Source: Squalus acanthias
Taxonomy: Eukaryota
Assembly: GCA_030390025.1 (NCBI GenBank)
Contig: CM059432.1
Location: 80,726,001 to 80,790,000, forward strand
Direction: 5' to 3'
Length of the DNA stretch: 64,000 nucleotides
The first letter of the stretch is position 1. Each line of letters opens with the position of its first letter. A program made the translations under genes and the position numbers. Positions 52,647 to 64,000 of the stretch are shown here, piece after piece. The notes beneath the pieces are model-generated. The model was given only the letters and a program-made list of their open reading frames with translations, made no database searches and was not told the DNA's origin.

Positions 52647-52837
52647 CTTATGCGGCCCCTTAATGCATTAGATGAACTTCATCGATTGATGGAATCCTTT
52701 ATCAGGTCGAAACGTACAGCAGCCTGTGCTTATACAGCCTGTAGTGCCTCTGGCGTTGGATTGTTGTCAGTCTCTTCCGAGCTCTGCAATCGATTGGGAG
52801 CCTGCCATATCATGATGTGCAATAGTGGAGTCCACCG
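52647..52837 (+). CDS. PREX2: PREX2 coding exon, [63 protein letters not shown](R)
   Basis: Acceptor ctgcctgcag| and donor |gtatga; 191 bp, phase 0-2; contains the CX5R-like motif CNSGVHR. Confidence 0.94.
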
Positions 52838-55325
52838 GTATGAGAGCCTTTATCTTTTACATTTATATTATAAACTGCGTGCTTAAAGTCATCTTTTTCT
52901 GGCACATGAGATTTAAATGGACATTTCCCCATTCAAAAAAAGTGAACTGAATTTCTTCACTTGTTATGCCAGTAAACCAGCATTGGGGGCTTGCCAGTGT
53001 AGGTGTGACAAATTGCGTGTAACCAGCATTTAAAAAGGGTGATGGGTAGATTGATGGAACCTTGTCAGGCAGGGGAGGAAAACTAGCCATGGAACCTATC
53101 CCGCTGGCTTTCTTCTGCTGCCTAACACCATTTCCATGATTTCCTGCCAGAAGGGATGTCGGTCATATAATGTGTCCAACAAATACACGTAGGCGTATTA
53201 TAATAGGACACAAATGATAGAATGATGTGCTACAGTATATTTCCCATCATTTGAACCTTTACAATGCTGGTGCATTCCTGCAACCCAGCAATGCTCTTGG
53301 CCGCAGGTGTTCAGAGAGTGGTGTCAAATTTTAAAGGGGTGCTTTGACTAAGGCAAATTGACTTCTTTAGTCAAAGCAATAAATTTAAAAGTTCATTCTT
53401 TTAAAAAGTTTTAATTTTCGGTCAACACCACCAGCCTTGCTGCACTGCACTGAATTTCTGCTCCCGTCACTTGAATCGGGCATCCGAGCAGGCTGTAAAT
53501 GCCCCAGTACCTGTCCTGGGGTGGGAATAGGATTGCAGGCTAGAGCCAGGCAAAAGTCTGTCCCCACCAAAGACCCGCCACCATTGTGGCTGAAGCGGAA
53601 AATTGACCATAATATGTTTGTCAAACCTTTTTTTATTTAGGGTGCGAGAAGAGCTATTAAAGTCTTGCATTAATTTTGTCAATGGTGATATTACATAAAA
53701 TGAAGTGATGATGTGTTTGTGCTGATGATTGTGACAGGTGGAGTGAATGACATAGAGTGCTGTGAAATGTTGGCATCATCTGAGGTACTGGCTGTATCTT
53801 GGCGGTTAGCAGTAGAAATAGAAGAGTTTTATCTGGCAGTATAATGTGGCAGCTCAAGCGCTAAGTGCACTGGCACACAAATTGGCTGCCCTCCCAGATG
53901 AAGTGAGGCCAACTCATTCACATAATTTACTGGAACTCAAGCCACATCTTCCATGACTCGTGAGTGAGTGAACAGCTGCTGACTGCCCATTGTGCACCAG
54001 GCCCTTTCCTGGAAGAGCGAATGTGAACCAGGCCAAGGGGGCAAGAGGCAGGGAGGATTGGGGAGGGGCACTTTACTTGAGTAGTAATGAAAATAATCGT
54101 TGCTTCAGGTTCAATACCTTTATTTCTTCCTTCAGCATGCAAAGCAATTTACAAGCGGAGTAGATTCACAGACAGAGTACAATAGATGTAAGCATGTATC
54201 CTAACATTGTACTAAACTTTAAAACACAAAATGTCTGTTTTTATATAATTCTGTGCCTGTGGTGAACTCGAATCTGTCTCTTTTCCCTTGATTGGATTCC
54301 TTCTGTCACCTGACTTGACATGGCCACTTCCCTCCAGTACATTTCCATTACAGCCAGCCTAGCTCAAAGACTAAGCTTCATGGCATGTAACATGTCCCTT
54401 ATCTCATCTGTTCCCAACTCTTAATTGGCCTGCTTTTCTGTGTGAACAGTGGAGTATTACTTATTACACTGTTTGCAGCTATATGTCCAATCTGGTTTCC
54501 AGGCAACTATCCAAAAAGCTCTTCTTTAGCAAGGTCTTTTTAAGGTCCAGGTACAATGTCTTTGTTCAGTTAACTGTTGCTAACAAACTTACACACACAC
54601 TATCTATGGATTATGAGGGTGCACCAATGTGCCTAGCCCTATCCTAATTAGACAGCTTTACTTATCTTTGTTTTTAGCTTCCTACAAACTTTCTTTATTC
54701 AACAGTTAATGGAGATCTTGAAATTAATGACCACTTTAGCATTAAGGAAATATTCAATTAAACACCATGCTAGTTCATTTCCCTCATAAGCTAATGCTAA
54801 GAAAGCCTTAATTTTCCATCTCCATGTTCCAACATGTCCCGTGTTCCAACACACAGTAAGCATTGTTGCGAGAGGTCGTCAAGAGGGGCAAGGGTACCCA
54901 ATTTTTGAATATATTTTATGGAGTTCAGTTGCTCCAGACACAGTATGGGGCGGTGTCTCAATCAAATACTACTCAGGAGCCCAATGAGCCAAGTGCATTA
55001 CATGTGCGCGACTTCCCAGCCCCCTCTGCACTCGTCATCTCCATTGGGGTGGGTTGAGTAACTCAGATATGTTGTAAGCCTCAGGATTCTGTGCACAATG
55101 TTCTGGAGAGCAGATGCCTTATTTGCTTTAGCACCTGCCATCATGTTATTGCTCCGAGTTTCATGCTATGGTGCTGAAGTGTATGCCTATATGAATGATT
55201 GAATAGAGGAGAATCACTCTATTGCCTATTATATATTAAAAACAATGGGTGGTCTCAAAATTCTAAAGCTATAACACCTATAAGGAACATTATAAACATT
55301 ACATTACATGAGCAATTGATTGCAA

Positions 55326-55542
55326 TGGTGTCCTGGCCAATATTTATCCTTCAACCAACATCACTAAAACAGGTTATCTGGTCATTATCATATTGCTGTT
55401 TGTGGGACCTTGCTGTGTGCAAATTGGCTGCCGCGCTTCCTACATTACAACAGTGACTACATTTCAAAAGTACTTTATTGGCTGTTAAGTGCTTTGGGTT
55501 GTTCTGAGGTCATGAAAGGCGCTATATAAATACAAGTTCTTT
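55326..55542 (+). mobile_element. DeuSINE 3' half
   Basis: GGTGTCCTGGCCAATATTTATCC...AAAGGCGCTATATAAAT. Confidence 0.75.
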
Positions 55543-55659
55543 AGCAATGAATTCGGACCTAACTTTACGTAACAGCCACAACCGAACAATAACTTGTATT
55601 TATATAGTGCCTTGAAATCTAAAACACCCTAAAATGGTTACACAGGAGCAAGAGTAAAC

Positions 55660-56195
55660 TATTCAGGCCCTCAAGCCAGTTCTGCCATGATAATTAGATG
55701 ATGGCTGATCTGTACCTTAACTCGCCTTTGTTTCATAACCCTTGATACTCTTACCCAACAAAAAAACCTATCGATCTCAGTCTTGAAAATTTCAACTGAC
55801 CCAGCATCCACAGACTTTTGATGGAGAGAGTTCATGACTTCCACTACCCTTGTGTGAAAAAATGTTTCCTTATTTTACTCCTAAATGGCTTAGCTTAATT
55901 TTGAGATTATGCCCTCTTGTTCTGGATTCCCCCCACCAGAGCAAATGGTTCCTCTATCTGCCCTATCGAATCCCTTTATCATTTTAAACACCTCGATTAG
56001 TTCACCCCTCAAATTCCTGAACTCAAGGAAAAACAGTTTATGCAACCTGTCCTCATAATTTAACCCTTTAAGTCTCGGTATCATTCTGGTGATCAGCTCT
56101 GTACCCGCTCCAAGGCCAATATATTTTTCCTGAGGTTCGGTGCCCAAACCTGAATATAGTTCTCCAGATGGGGTCTGACCAAGGCTCTGTACAAC
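55660..56195 (-). mobile_element. Degraded CR1 3' end
   Basis: ITRMIPRLKGLNYEDRL...LRGELIEVFKMIKGFDR. Confidence 0.8.
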
Positions 56196-56415
56196 TGTGT
56201 GGGAAACCCAGAAGTAAGTTCAGCGCGTCTGTCAGTGGCTTTTTAATTCAGCCACTTCATTATCATTTTACTTTTGCATTTCCCATCCAATCATCGGCAG
56301 CGGGCGTGATGTGGACCCACATGACGCAATCTCAACTCCAGTATTTAAAGGGTCAATCCAAATAAGCAATTTGGAGGAGTTAGGAGTTTGAACCAACAGA
56401 GGAAAAACTCTCAGA

Positions 56416-58202
56416 ATGGAATCAGGACGCACAAAAGCTGTGCCCCGCTATAATGACGCCTCCTTTGATGTGCTGCTGGGGGCTGTGAGGAGTCAGAGAG
56501 AGGTACTATTCCCCAGCAATGGGAGGAAGAAACCTGCTGCTGACACCAAGAAGGCGTGGTTGGAGGTGGCACAGGAGGTGAGCAGCAGGTGTCACGGTCC
56601 TGGATTCAGTGCAGGAAGTGATTTAATGACCTAAGCATGTCAGGAAAGGTGAGTACAGTTGCACATTCACCTACATCCTGCTGTGCGCATCACCCCAACT
56701 CCTCACTCTGCCTTCTCAAGCCTACTCCCTCACATCACTCCTCACACCCACTTACCTTGAAGGTGCACCCATCCTTCTCTGCCTCTGCACTTCCTCACAT
56801 CCGCATCTATCCATCCACCACTCCCACTCACCCTCATCCTTACGCAATTTCATACCTCTCCCTCATAGACACCCTCAACAAATGCACTCCATCCATTGGC
56901 TGAACACATGCCATTACACTCACTCAGAGTTCTTTCCCTCTTTGCAGGAGAAGAGAGCACAGAACACCAGGCAGAGGGAGAGAACTGGAGATTGCCCTCC
57001 ACGCATTTCGCAACTAACAACTGCAGAGGAGGAAGCACTGGAGGTAACTGGAGTTTTGGCATCCCTGGCTGTCAGATGGGGAGCTCCCTGCTACCTGATG
57101 ACACAATTAAATATAAGCCACCCACATGTCATACGGCACTCAGTCATGGTGCCTTGGTTTCAGCAGCGAGTGAAATATGATCATCTTCATAATGATAAGT
57201 TGCAACATATTCTTACCTTACCAGGACTAATTCATGCCTTTCATCTCCGATAGGGCCTTCACGTGTGCAGCAGAAGTCGGAGGTAGCCAATGACGATTCC
57301 TCAGAGGACCTTAGTCCTTCTGAGGGTGCACCGTCACAGAACTCATGCAGACCATGCGCCAGCTCAGATACTCGCTCTTCAGTGGGAGCAGTTACACAGA
57401 TAGTTGGGTTTTACCTGGTGACTCACACTTCACAAGTGAGCAAGAGCAGATGGTGGTGACAGGGACAGCAGTGGAGAGTCCGCCTCGGAAGGCACAGCCC
57501 TCTTCAAGCTCTACTCAGCTAGACACAGATGCTGTATCCCCGGGGCCATCGATAAAAAGGAGAATCATTGAGCAGCAGCAGATAATGTGCGATGCTCTGC
57601 CAGGCCTTTCAAGCACACTGACCCCGATTGCTGATAGAATGGAGTCCGCCTCAAGCATGAGTGGGTTAATGTTGCAGGCCATTGAGATGATGTGTTCTTC
57701 CATAGATAGAATGGCCAGTGTCGTGAAACATCAATCACTCCAATCAAATGAGTTCATGCACACCTTGACCACTGTCGTGCAATCTTTGAATGACAGATAC
57801 CTTAGCATTGGCCTTTCAGGGCTGCCCTGATCTGCACCAAAGTATTCTCCAGCGCAGTGGTAGCAGTGAAGTGCGGCTGACCCTTCAGAGGGATGATGGC
57901 GAAAGGGGTCATGGAAGTGCGAACTCCACTCAAAGTGCTCCCACTTCTCACCCACTGCCGCCGCCCCCTCCCCCCCCCCCCCCCCGAGCCAGTACCCGAC
58001 ATGCTGCCTCGTCTCCTGATGGCTGAATCTGCCCCTGCACAGGTGCAGGTGGAGCAGTCTTTGACGGGGCCCTCGGGCTCCAAAACCAAGAGCATCTCAG
58101 CAGTCAGTGCAGGGATCTGAGCAGCCTGTCTCTACCTCTGCTCAAGCTACAGGGCTTGCACCATCTAGGAGTAGTAGGAAAAAGAAGAGTAAGGCTTTGT
58201 AG
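56416..58202 (+). pseudogene. Harbinger Myb/SANT-like DNA-binding gene, 3 exons (~56416-56648, 56948-~57080, 57254-58202), frameshifted
   Basis: MESGRTKAVPRYNDASFDVLLGAVRSQREVLFP...KKAWLEVAQEV; donor GTGAGT at 56649; acceptors at 56947 and 57253; exon layout parallels the copy at 43559. Confidence 0.78.
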
Positions 58203-58517
58203 TTGAACATGGGTGTGCAGATGGTTGTCTGAGAAAATGTTGTGTTAATAAGTTTCTGGTGTTTATTTAGGTCACACAAATATTATTATTTTTCACCACT
58301 TTCCTGTCTTGTTCATTATTGGGTGCTGGGTGGTAAGTCGGTTTTTAACTTGTTTGATGATGAATAGGAAGACATGAATTGATGGGGACCAATGGGGGGA
58401 TGTTCAAGGGGTGGTTGGTTGTTTGCAGGACTGCTTTGTGTCAGTGGCATTGGTGGGGAAGGGGGGCGGGGAGAGTGGCTGTTGCATGTGCTTCTGACAT
58501 GGATCCACTGGTGCAAC

Positions 58518-59790
58518 CTAAGTGAACCTTGCATTAATAAGGGCAACCCTGGCAGTAGTGTGAGCAGCTGGGAATGCATAGCCCTCATCACCTTCCTTCT
58601 CCATGACTTCCTCTTCCTCTTCCAAATCGTCCGAGGAGGATCTGAGCTCTTTATCTTGTTTCTCCTCCAAGCCTCGCTGCTGCACAGTGTTGTAAGAGCG
58701 CAACAAACCACACCATTCTGGAGACCCTGGCTGGTGTGTACTGGATGGCACCTCCAGATCAGTCTAGGCACCTGAAGCGCATCTTCTGCTCACTGATGGC
58801 CTGTTCAATCACACATCTGGTGGTGATATGGCATTCATTGTAGCTCTGTTGGGCTTCATTGGTCGGGTTTCTGATGTGTGTCATGAGCCAAGTTTGAAGT
58901 GGGTATCCCTTGTCGACTAGCAGCCACCCCTTAAGTCTGCTTGCAGGTCCGAAGAGATCAGGGAGCTTGGACTGCCGCAGGACAAAAGCATTGTGGCAGC
59001 TGCCTGGGAGTCTTGCACACGCCTGTATAAAGATCTTTCTGTAGTTGCACACCAGCTGCACGTTGATGGAGTGGAAGCTCTTGTGGTTGACAAATACTCC
59101 TGGGTGATCTGTGGGTGCCCTGATTGCCACCCGCGCGCAGTTGATGATGCCCTGCACCTGTGGGAAGCCAGCCAGAGACGCAAACCTGAGCGCCCGCTCA
59201 TTCTGACTGGCGTCATCACAGGTGAAGTCCACATAATTGGTGGCCCTGTCAAAGAAGCCATCAGTCATCTGTCTTATGCATTTGTGGGCCTCTGACTGGG
59301 AGATCCTGGAATGTCTCCGGCAGAGCCCTGGAAGGATCCGGAGGCTAAAAAATTGGTGGTGACTTTGACAGCCACTAGTAAAGCATGGCTACCGGGTCCA
59401 GCAGGGAGCAGGTCTTATTCTAGGAGGCTGCAGATTTCTGCCACCACCTGATGTGACATCCTGAGCCTCCTGAGAAACTGCTGTTCAGACATGTCAAGGA
59501 AACTGAGCCTCTGCCTGTAGACCCTGTTTCACGGGTAGTGCCTCCTGCGAGCTGCACCCCTCTCTGCAGTTCCCCTCCCTGCAGCTCCCCTCCCTGCAGC
59601 TCCCCTCCCTGCAGCTCCCCTCCCTGCAGCTCCCCTCCCTGCAGCTCCCCTCTCTGCAGCTCCCCTCCCTGCAGCTCCCCTCTCTCCTGTGCAGCTACAG
59701 GTGTATGATCAGCAGGGTGCTGGTGGTGCTGCTGCTGCTGGTCATATTGCTCCTCATCTGAGGTCCAGTCTAAGGCAGCATCCTGATGTG
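58518..59790 (-). pseudogene. Harbinger (HARBI1-like) DDE transposase, disrupted
   Basis: RVYRQRLSFLDMSEQQFLRRLRM; GFPQVQGIINC; NHKSFHSINVQLVC; PGSCHNAFVL; LLVDKGYPL; RCVIEQAI...MRFRCLD. Contains stops, frameshifts and D->N at the first catalytic Asp position. Confidence 0.88.
59566..59685. repeat. 15-bp tandem repeat (GCAGCTCCCCTCCCT), 8 copies
   Basis: Directly visible units. Confidence 0.95.
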
Positions 59791-59829
59791 ATAGAACAAA
59801 GCTTCAAAGTGTAGATCAAACCTCCTAAG

Positions 59830-61236
59830 TGTGGGGAGGGTTTAAACTAATTTGGCAAGGGATGGGCTCCAGGATGTGTAGCATTAGAAAGGAGAAATAA
59901 GGTGCACAAAGGAGTGGGAGAGACAGATAGCACTAAAGTAAGAGACAGTACAGTATTAGGTGGGGTCAGACTAAGAGAGAATACAAGAAGGTCTAAGATA
60001 GGTTTACAGTTCATGTGTGTAAATAAGGTTGGTGAGCTGCAGGCGCAAATTGCCAAATGGGAATATGATGTCGTGGCGATAACGAAGACCTGGCTCAAAA
60101 AAGGGCAGGATTGGGTACTAAATATTCCTGGATATAAGGTGTTCAGGAAAGATATTGAAGGAAAGAAAGGAGGTGGGGTTGCAGTATTGATTAAGGAGAA
60201 TATTACAGTGCTGGAGAGAGAGGATGTCCTGAAGGGGTCAAAGACAGAATCTATTTGGTTACAGTTACGAAACAACAGAGGTGCCATTACACTACTAGGT
60301 GTATTCTATAGGCCACCAACCAGTGGGAAGGATATAGAGGAGCAAATTTGCAGGGAAATTACAGAGCGGTGCAAGAACTATGGAGTAGTGATAATGGGAG
60401 ACTTCAACTATCCTAATATAGACTGAGATAGTAATAGTGTAAAGGGCAGAGAGGGGGAAGAATTTCTGAAGTGTGTTTAAGAGAACTTTCTTGATCAGTA
60501 CTTTTCTGGCCAACGAGGAAGGAGGCATTGCTGGATCTGGTTCTGGGGAATGAGGTGGGTCAAGTGGAGCAAGTGTCAGTAGGGAAACATCTAGGGAACA
60601 GTGATCATAGTATCATATGGTTTAGATTAGCTATGGAGAAGGACAAGGAGCAGTCTAGAGTTAAAATACTTAATTGGAGGAGGGTCAATTTCAGTGGGTT
60701 GAGAACGGATCTGGCCTGGGTAAATTGGAATCAAAAATTGGCAGGCAAAACTGTGATCGAACAATGGGCTGCCTTTAAAGAGGAGATGGGTCGGGTACAG
60801 TCGAGGTACATACCCACGAGGGGGAAAGGCAGGGCAACCAAAGCCAGAGCTCCCTGGATGACAAAAGAGATAGAGAGTAAGATGAAGCAGCGAAAAGGGG
60901 CTTATGATAGATGTCAGGTTGCGAATACAAGTGAGAATCAGGCTGAATATAGAAAGTTCAGAGGGGAAGTGAAAAAGGAAATAAGAGGGACAAAGAGAGA
61001 GTATGAGAATAGACTGGCAGCTAACATAAAAGGGAATGCAATAGTCTTCTATAGGCATATAAATAGTAAACGGGTAGTAAGAGGAGGAGTGGGGCTGATC
61101 AGGAACCAAAAAGGAGACTTACGCATGGAGGCAGAGGGCATGGCTGAGGTACTGAATGAGTACTTTGCATCTGTCTTTACCAAGGAAGAAGATGCTGCTA
61201 AAGTCATAGTGAAAGAGGAGGTAAGAGAGACCCTGG
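59830..61236 (+). mobile_element. CR1 fragment: ORF2 APE endonuclease and linker
   Basis: YDVVAITKTWL, GGGVAVLIK, GVFYRPP, MGDFNYPNID and LGNSDHSII. Confidence 0.9.
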
Positions 61237-63877
61237 GGTGATGGGGGTGGGGGTGGCGGGAAGGGAAACCTAGGACAGCGGCGACTCACCTTATTTTTGT
61301 TCCTCCTGGCCCCACAAAAATAATTTCAACACTTAGCTTTTCGGGCCTCTTCTGCTGTTCTGCCAGGTTTTACTGAGCTAAACATCCGCGGTGGATGCTC
61401 CACCCAGTAAGCAGTTAAAATGGCCTCGGGTCATATTTACGTCATAGGACCCCAATTTATGAAGATTAATGAGGCTCCCGCCTGATTCAGGCAGGCACCT
61501 CAGCTGCCCAGTGGGAGACCTTGGGGAGAATGACAGCAGAGCAGGAACAGGGCAGTAAGTCTACCATTGAATAGCAAAAAGGTATTCTGTTATTCTAATT
61601 TATATATTATGTCCGATGCTACATTTCTTTGTGACAGTGGAGTCAGAAAATAATTGTTATAGCAATTGATGAAAAAGAGGCTAGGCCTCAGATTATCAGT
61701 TTCATGTGGGATCTAGGCACAATATTCCGCCTAGGCTTTCTTACTTATCGGCAATGACATCTTTCCTATAATCCAGCTGTTTTCTGTTCTCTACAAAACA
61801 CAGTATTCACTAAAGGCTTAATATTGCACTTAGTTGTTTCCTCTCATCGGAGTCCCAGAACAGGATTTGTTATTTGTGACCGACATTTTGATGAAATTCG
61901 GAGCAAAGACTGCCAGACTCCTAATCGAAAACCTTGGATGAGCTTTCAGATTTAGCCCTCTTTATTAACCTTAGGCATCATGCCAGCACAATTCATTGAC
62001 CACAAGTCAATATGAACAACACAACAGGAGCAGTGATAAATTAAGTGCAGCTGTATTACCGCCTCCATTTTAAGCCAATTTTCTTCATGTGTCACAGTAT
62101 TCAAGAGAAGCTTTTGTTGGCGGTAGCTGATGTATAGTTATGTTATTAATCTGACTGCACTATTTTATAATACCCCCAGAATTTACTAATCAGATTCGCT
62201 ATCTGTGGATTTTAAAGACAATACTATTTACTGCATTGGTGAACTGATTTAAAAGGCTATCAGTGGAACATTGGCAGCATTTTGCCCAGAGTCATTGATT
62301 TTAAGATATTTTTCTTCAAGTTAAAACTTTTTGTTAATGTCCAGGTAATTTTAACCGTAAAGACTGGAAGAGAATAAAGAACTAGATCAAGAAAAATATA
62401 ATATTGTAGAAAATTATTGTCATTAAAACACTGAAGAAGTAAAAAAAAATCCAACATTTCTCATTCTTTGAGTCTGAGCATCGAAGTGTTGGCTATTTTT
62501 AGTAATGTTGTAGCTGTTTGTCACTGGAGCGTTCACTATATCACTATGTTTATATCAAATGGCAGCAGACAGATCAAGCCTGTCATTGTGTTTGGAATGG
62601 TTAACTAGTGAGATCTTCATGTAGTAGTCTGGTAACAAACAGCTCACTGTCACAAACATCCTAAAATCGCTGTCCAGACCGGACTTACTATTGCATTTGC
62701 TATCTTTTTATTATTTGTAAGCAAGAAAATAGACAAACCTATTGCTTTAATGGTATAGAAGTATATGGTGGTATACAATACTTTTTTCCATGTACTTCTT
62801 GTTTTGGGCTCATTTGCCCTACTATAGATTATCGCAACTAAGAATTCATGTACGAATATTTATATGTTAATAATCAACCTGTGTTACATGGGATGACCTG
62901 GATATTATAGGATTGATTTTAGGAATGCTACTGGCAGATGGGGAGCTTTGCACGGTGGCTATACCTAATGGGAAATTGCTGCCTGTGATTTTTGATACGC
63001 ACAGCTAGCAGGCCAGGATCCCTGCTGGTAGTGCTCATTCATAAAATTGGCACTTTATAAATAAAACCCACATGTATGGTCAGCAGTTATGAATTAAATG
63101 AGCCATACCTTTGTAATAATGTCTGTATAGATTAATAACAATTATTTTTATCCCAAGTTTGTTTTTAAAAATATAAAATCCCCCATCTGACAGCGCTGTT
63201 TCAGATCATAACATTTTTCTCATTGCTTTGAAAGCTTAAATTTGGCATTTGGTATGAATTATAGTATTGATATCAGATTTTCATAGATGCCAGAATCTTT
63301 GTCAGACTTGAGTTGTTGAGTGAAAGGAACACCTCTGAAACTTAAGAAATCCTCTTATGATACTGGTAGACATACTTTTGCCAGTTAAGTACTATTTACA
63401 CCTGGTACAATTACAGTAAAGTGATTAACATAGCAGTGGATAATTGCTTTAAAACCTGGATTGCTCCCATCAACAGCACCACTGCCTCATCTAATATAAA
63501 CGTAAAGCTCCAAAAAGTGTTAATTCAACTTCAGGCAGCAGCAATTAGTATTAATAAAATCAATCCTGTGCAGCAGATGAGAAGCTAATCAGTCAGATAA
63601 GAAAGAACTGAAACAGGCCTCAGAGCATACTTTCCAGCAAGAAAGCAAAGAAAGAAGTAATTAAGTAGAGTGAGAAACACACCGGCTGAAAGATGCTGAA
63701 TTGCTTTGTATCATCACTCACTAAAATTGGAAAGTATCCCTGCCATTCTCTCCCCTATAGCTAGTTGGCAAGTAGCATTAGTCAATGCCAGCATCTATAA
63801 ACTTTGAATTATGGTTAGCTTCTGGCACCAGTGCTGACAAACTATCAGTAGATAATAAAACTCAAACAAAGAATAAT

Positions 63878-64000
63878 GGCCGGTAAATTCAATAATGGCC
63901 GGTAAATTCAATAAGGCCCAAAAACGGGCGGGGGCCCTGCGAGGCGAGATTTGCTCGTGCCCATTTAGAAAGCGCAGGCAGCACGTTAATTTGGTGCTGC
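63878..64000. mobile_element. Start of a probable Harbinger MITE, running off the window
   Basis: GGCCGGTAAATTC terminus followed by GC-rich subterminal sequence. Confidence 0.5.

Noticed and set aside
53341..53377. Short hairpin GCTTTGACTAA...TTAGTCAAAGC
   Set aside because: An 11-bp stem with no supporting context; plausible by chance or as a repeat remnant.
58518..59268. Domesticated HARBI1 or NAIF1 host genes
   Set aside because: Stops, frameshifts, intronic location and multiple related copies indicate dead transposons.
59566..59685. CRISPR-like array
   Set aside because: Head-to-tail repeats without spacers, in eukaryotic DNA.

Overview
Vertebrate genomic DNA, most likely a cartilaginous fish (inferred from the PREX2 sequence, the abundant CR1 LINEs and the Deu-type SINEs). 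Four + strand coding exons of PREX2 (C-terminal IP4P/INPP4-like domain; 22041-22184, 22295-22409, 52303-52366, 52647-52837) splice in frame. Everything else appears intronic and is packed with transposable elements: several CR1 families (one near full length with an SGNH-esterase ORF1), a Zenon-like CR1-group LINE with a SINE sharing its 3' tail, L2 and RTE fragments, DeuSINEs, decayed two-gene PIF/Harbinger elements plus Harbinger MITEs with 3-bp TSDs, and a non-autonomous hAT element with an 8-bp TSD. The most striking structure is a set of Penelope-like element (PLE) fold-back insertions: a 539-bp-arm palindrome with a 1-nt loop, a 43-bp mini-hairpin, and an older ~550-bp-arm copy. All three have a one-sided 30-40 nt tail and a 14-bp target-site duplication, and the larger two carry minimal type I hammerhead ribozymes. 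All calls are by eye; no database searches were run.
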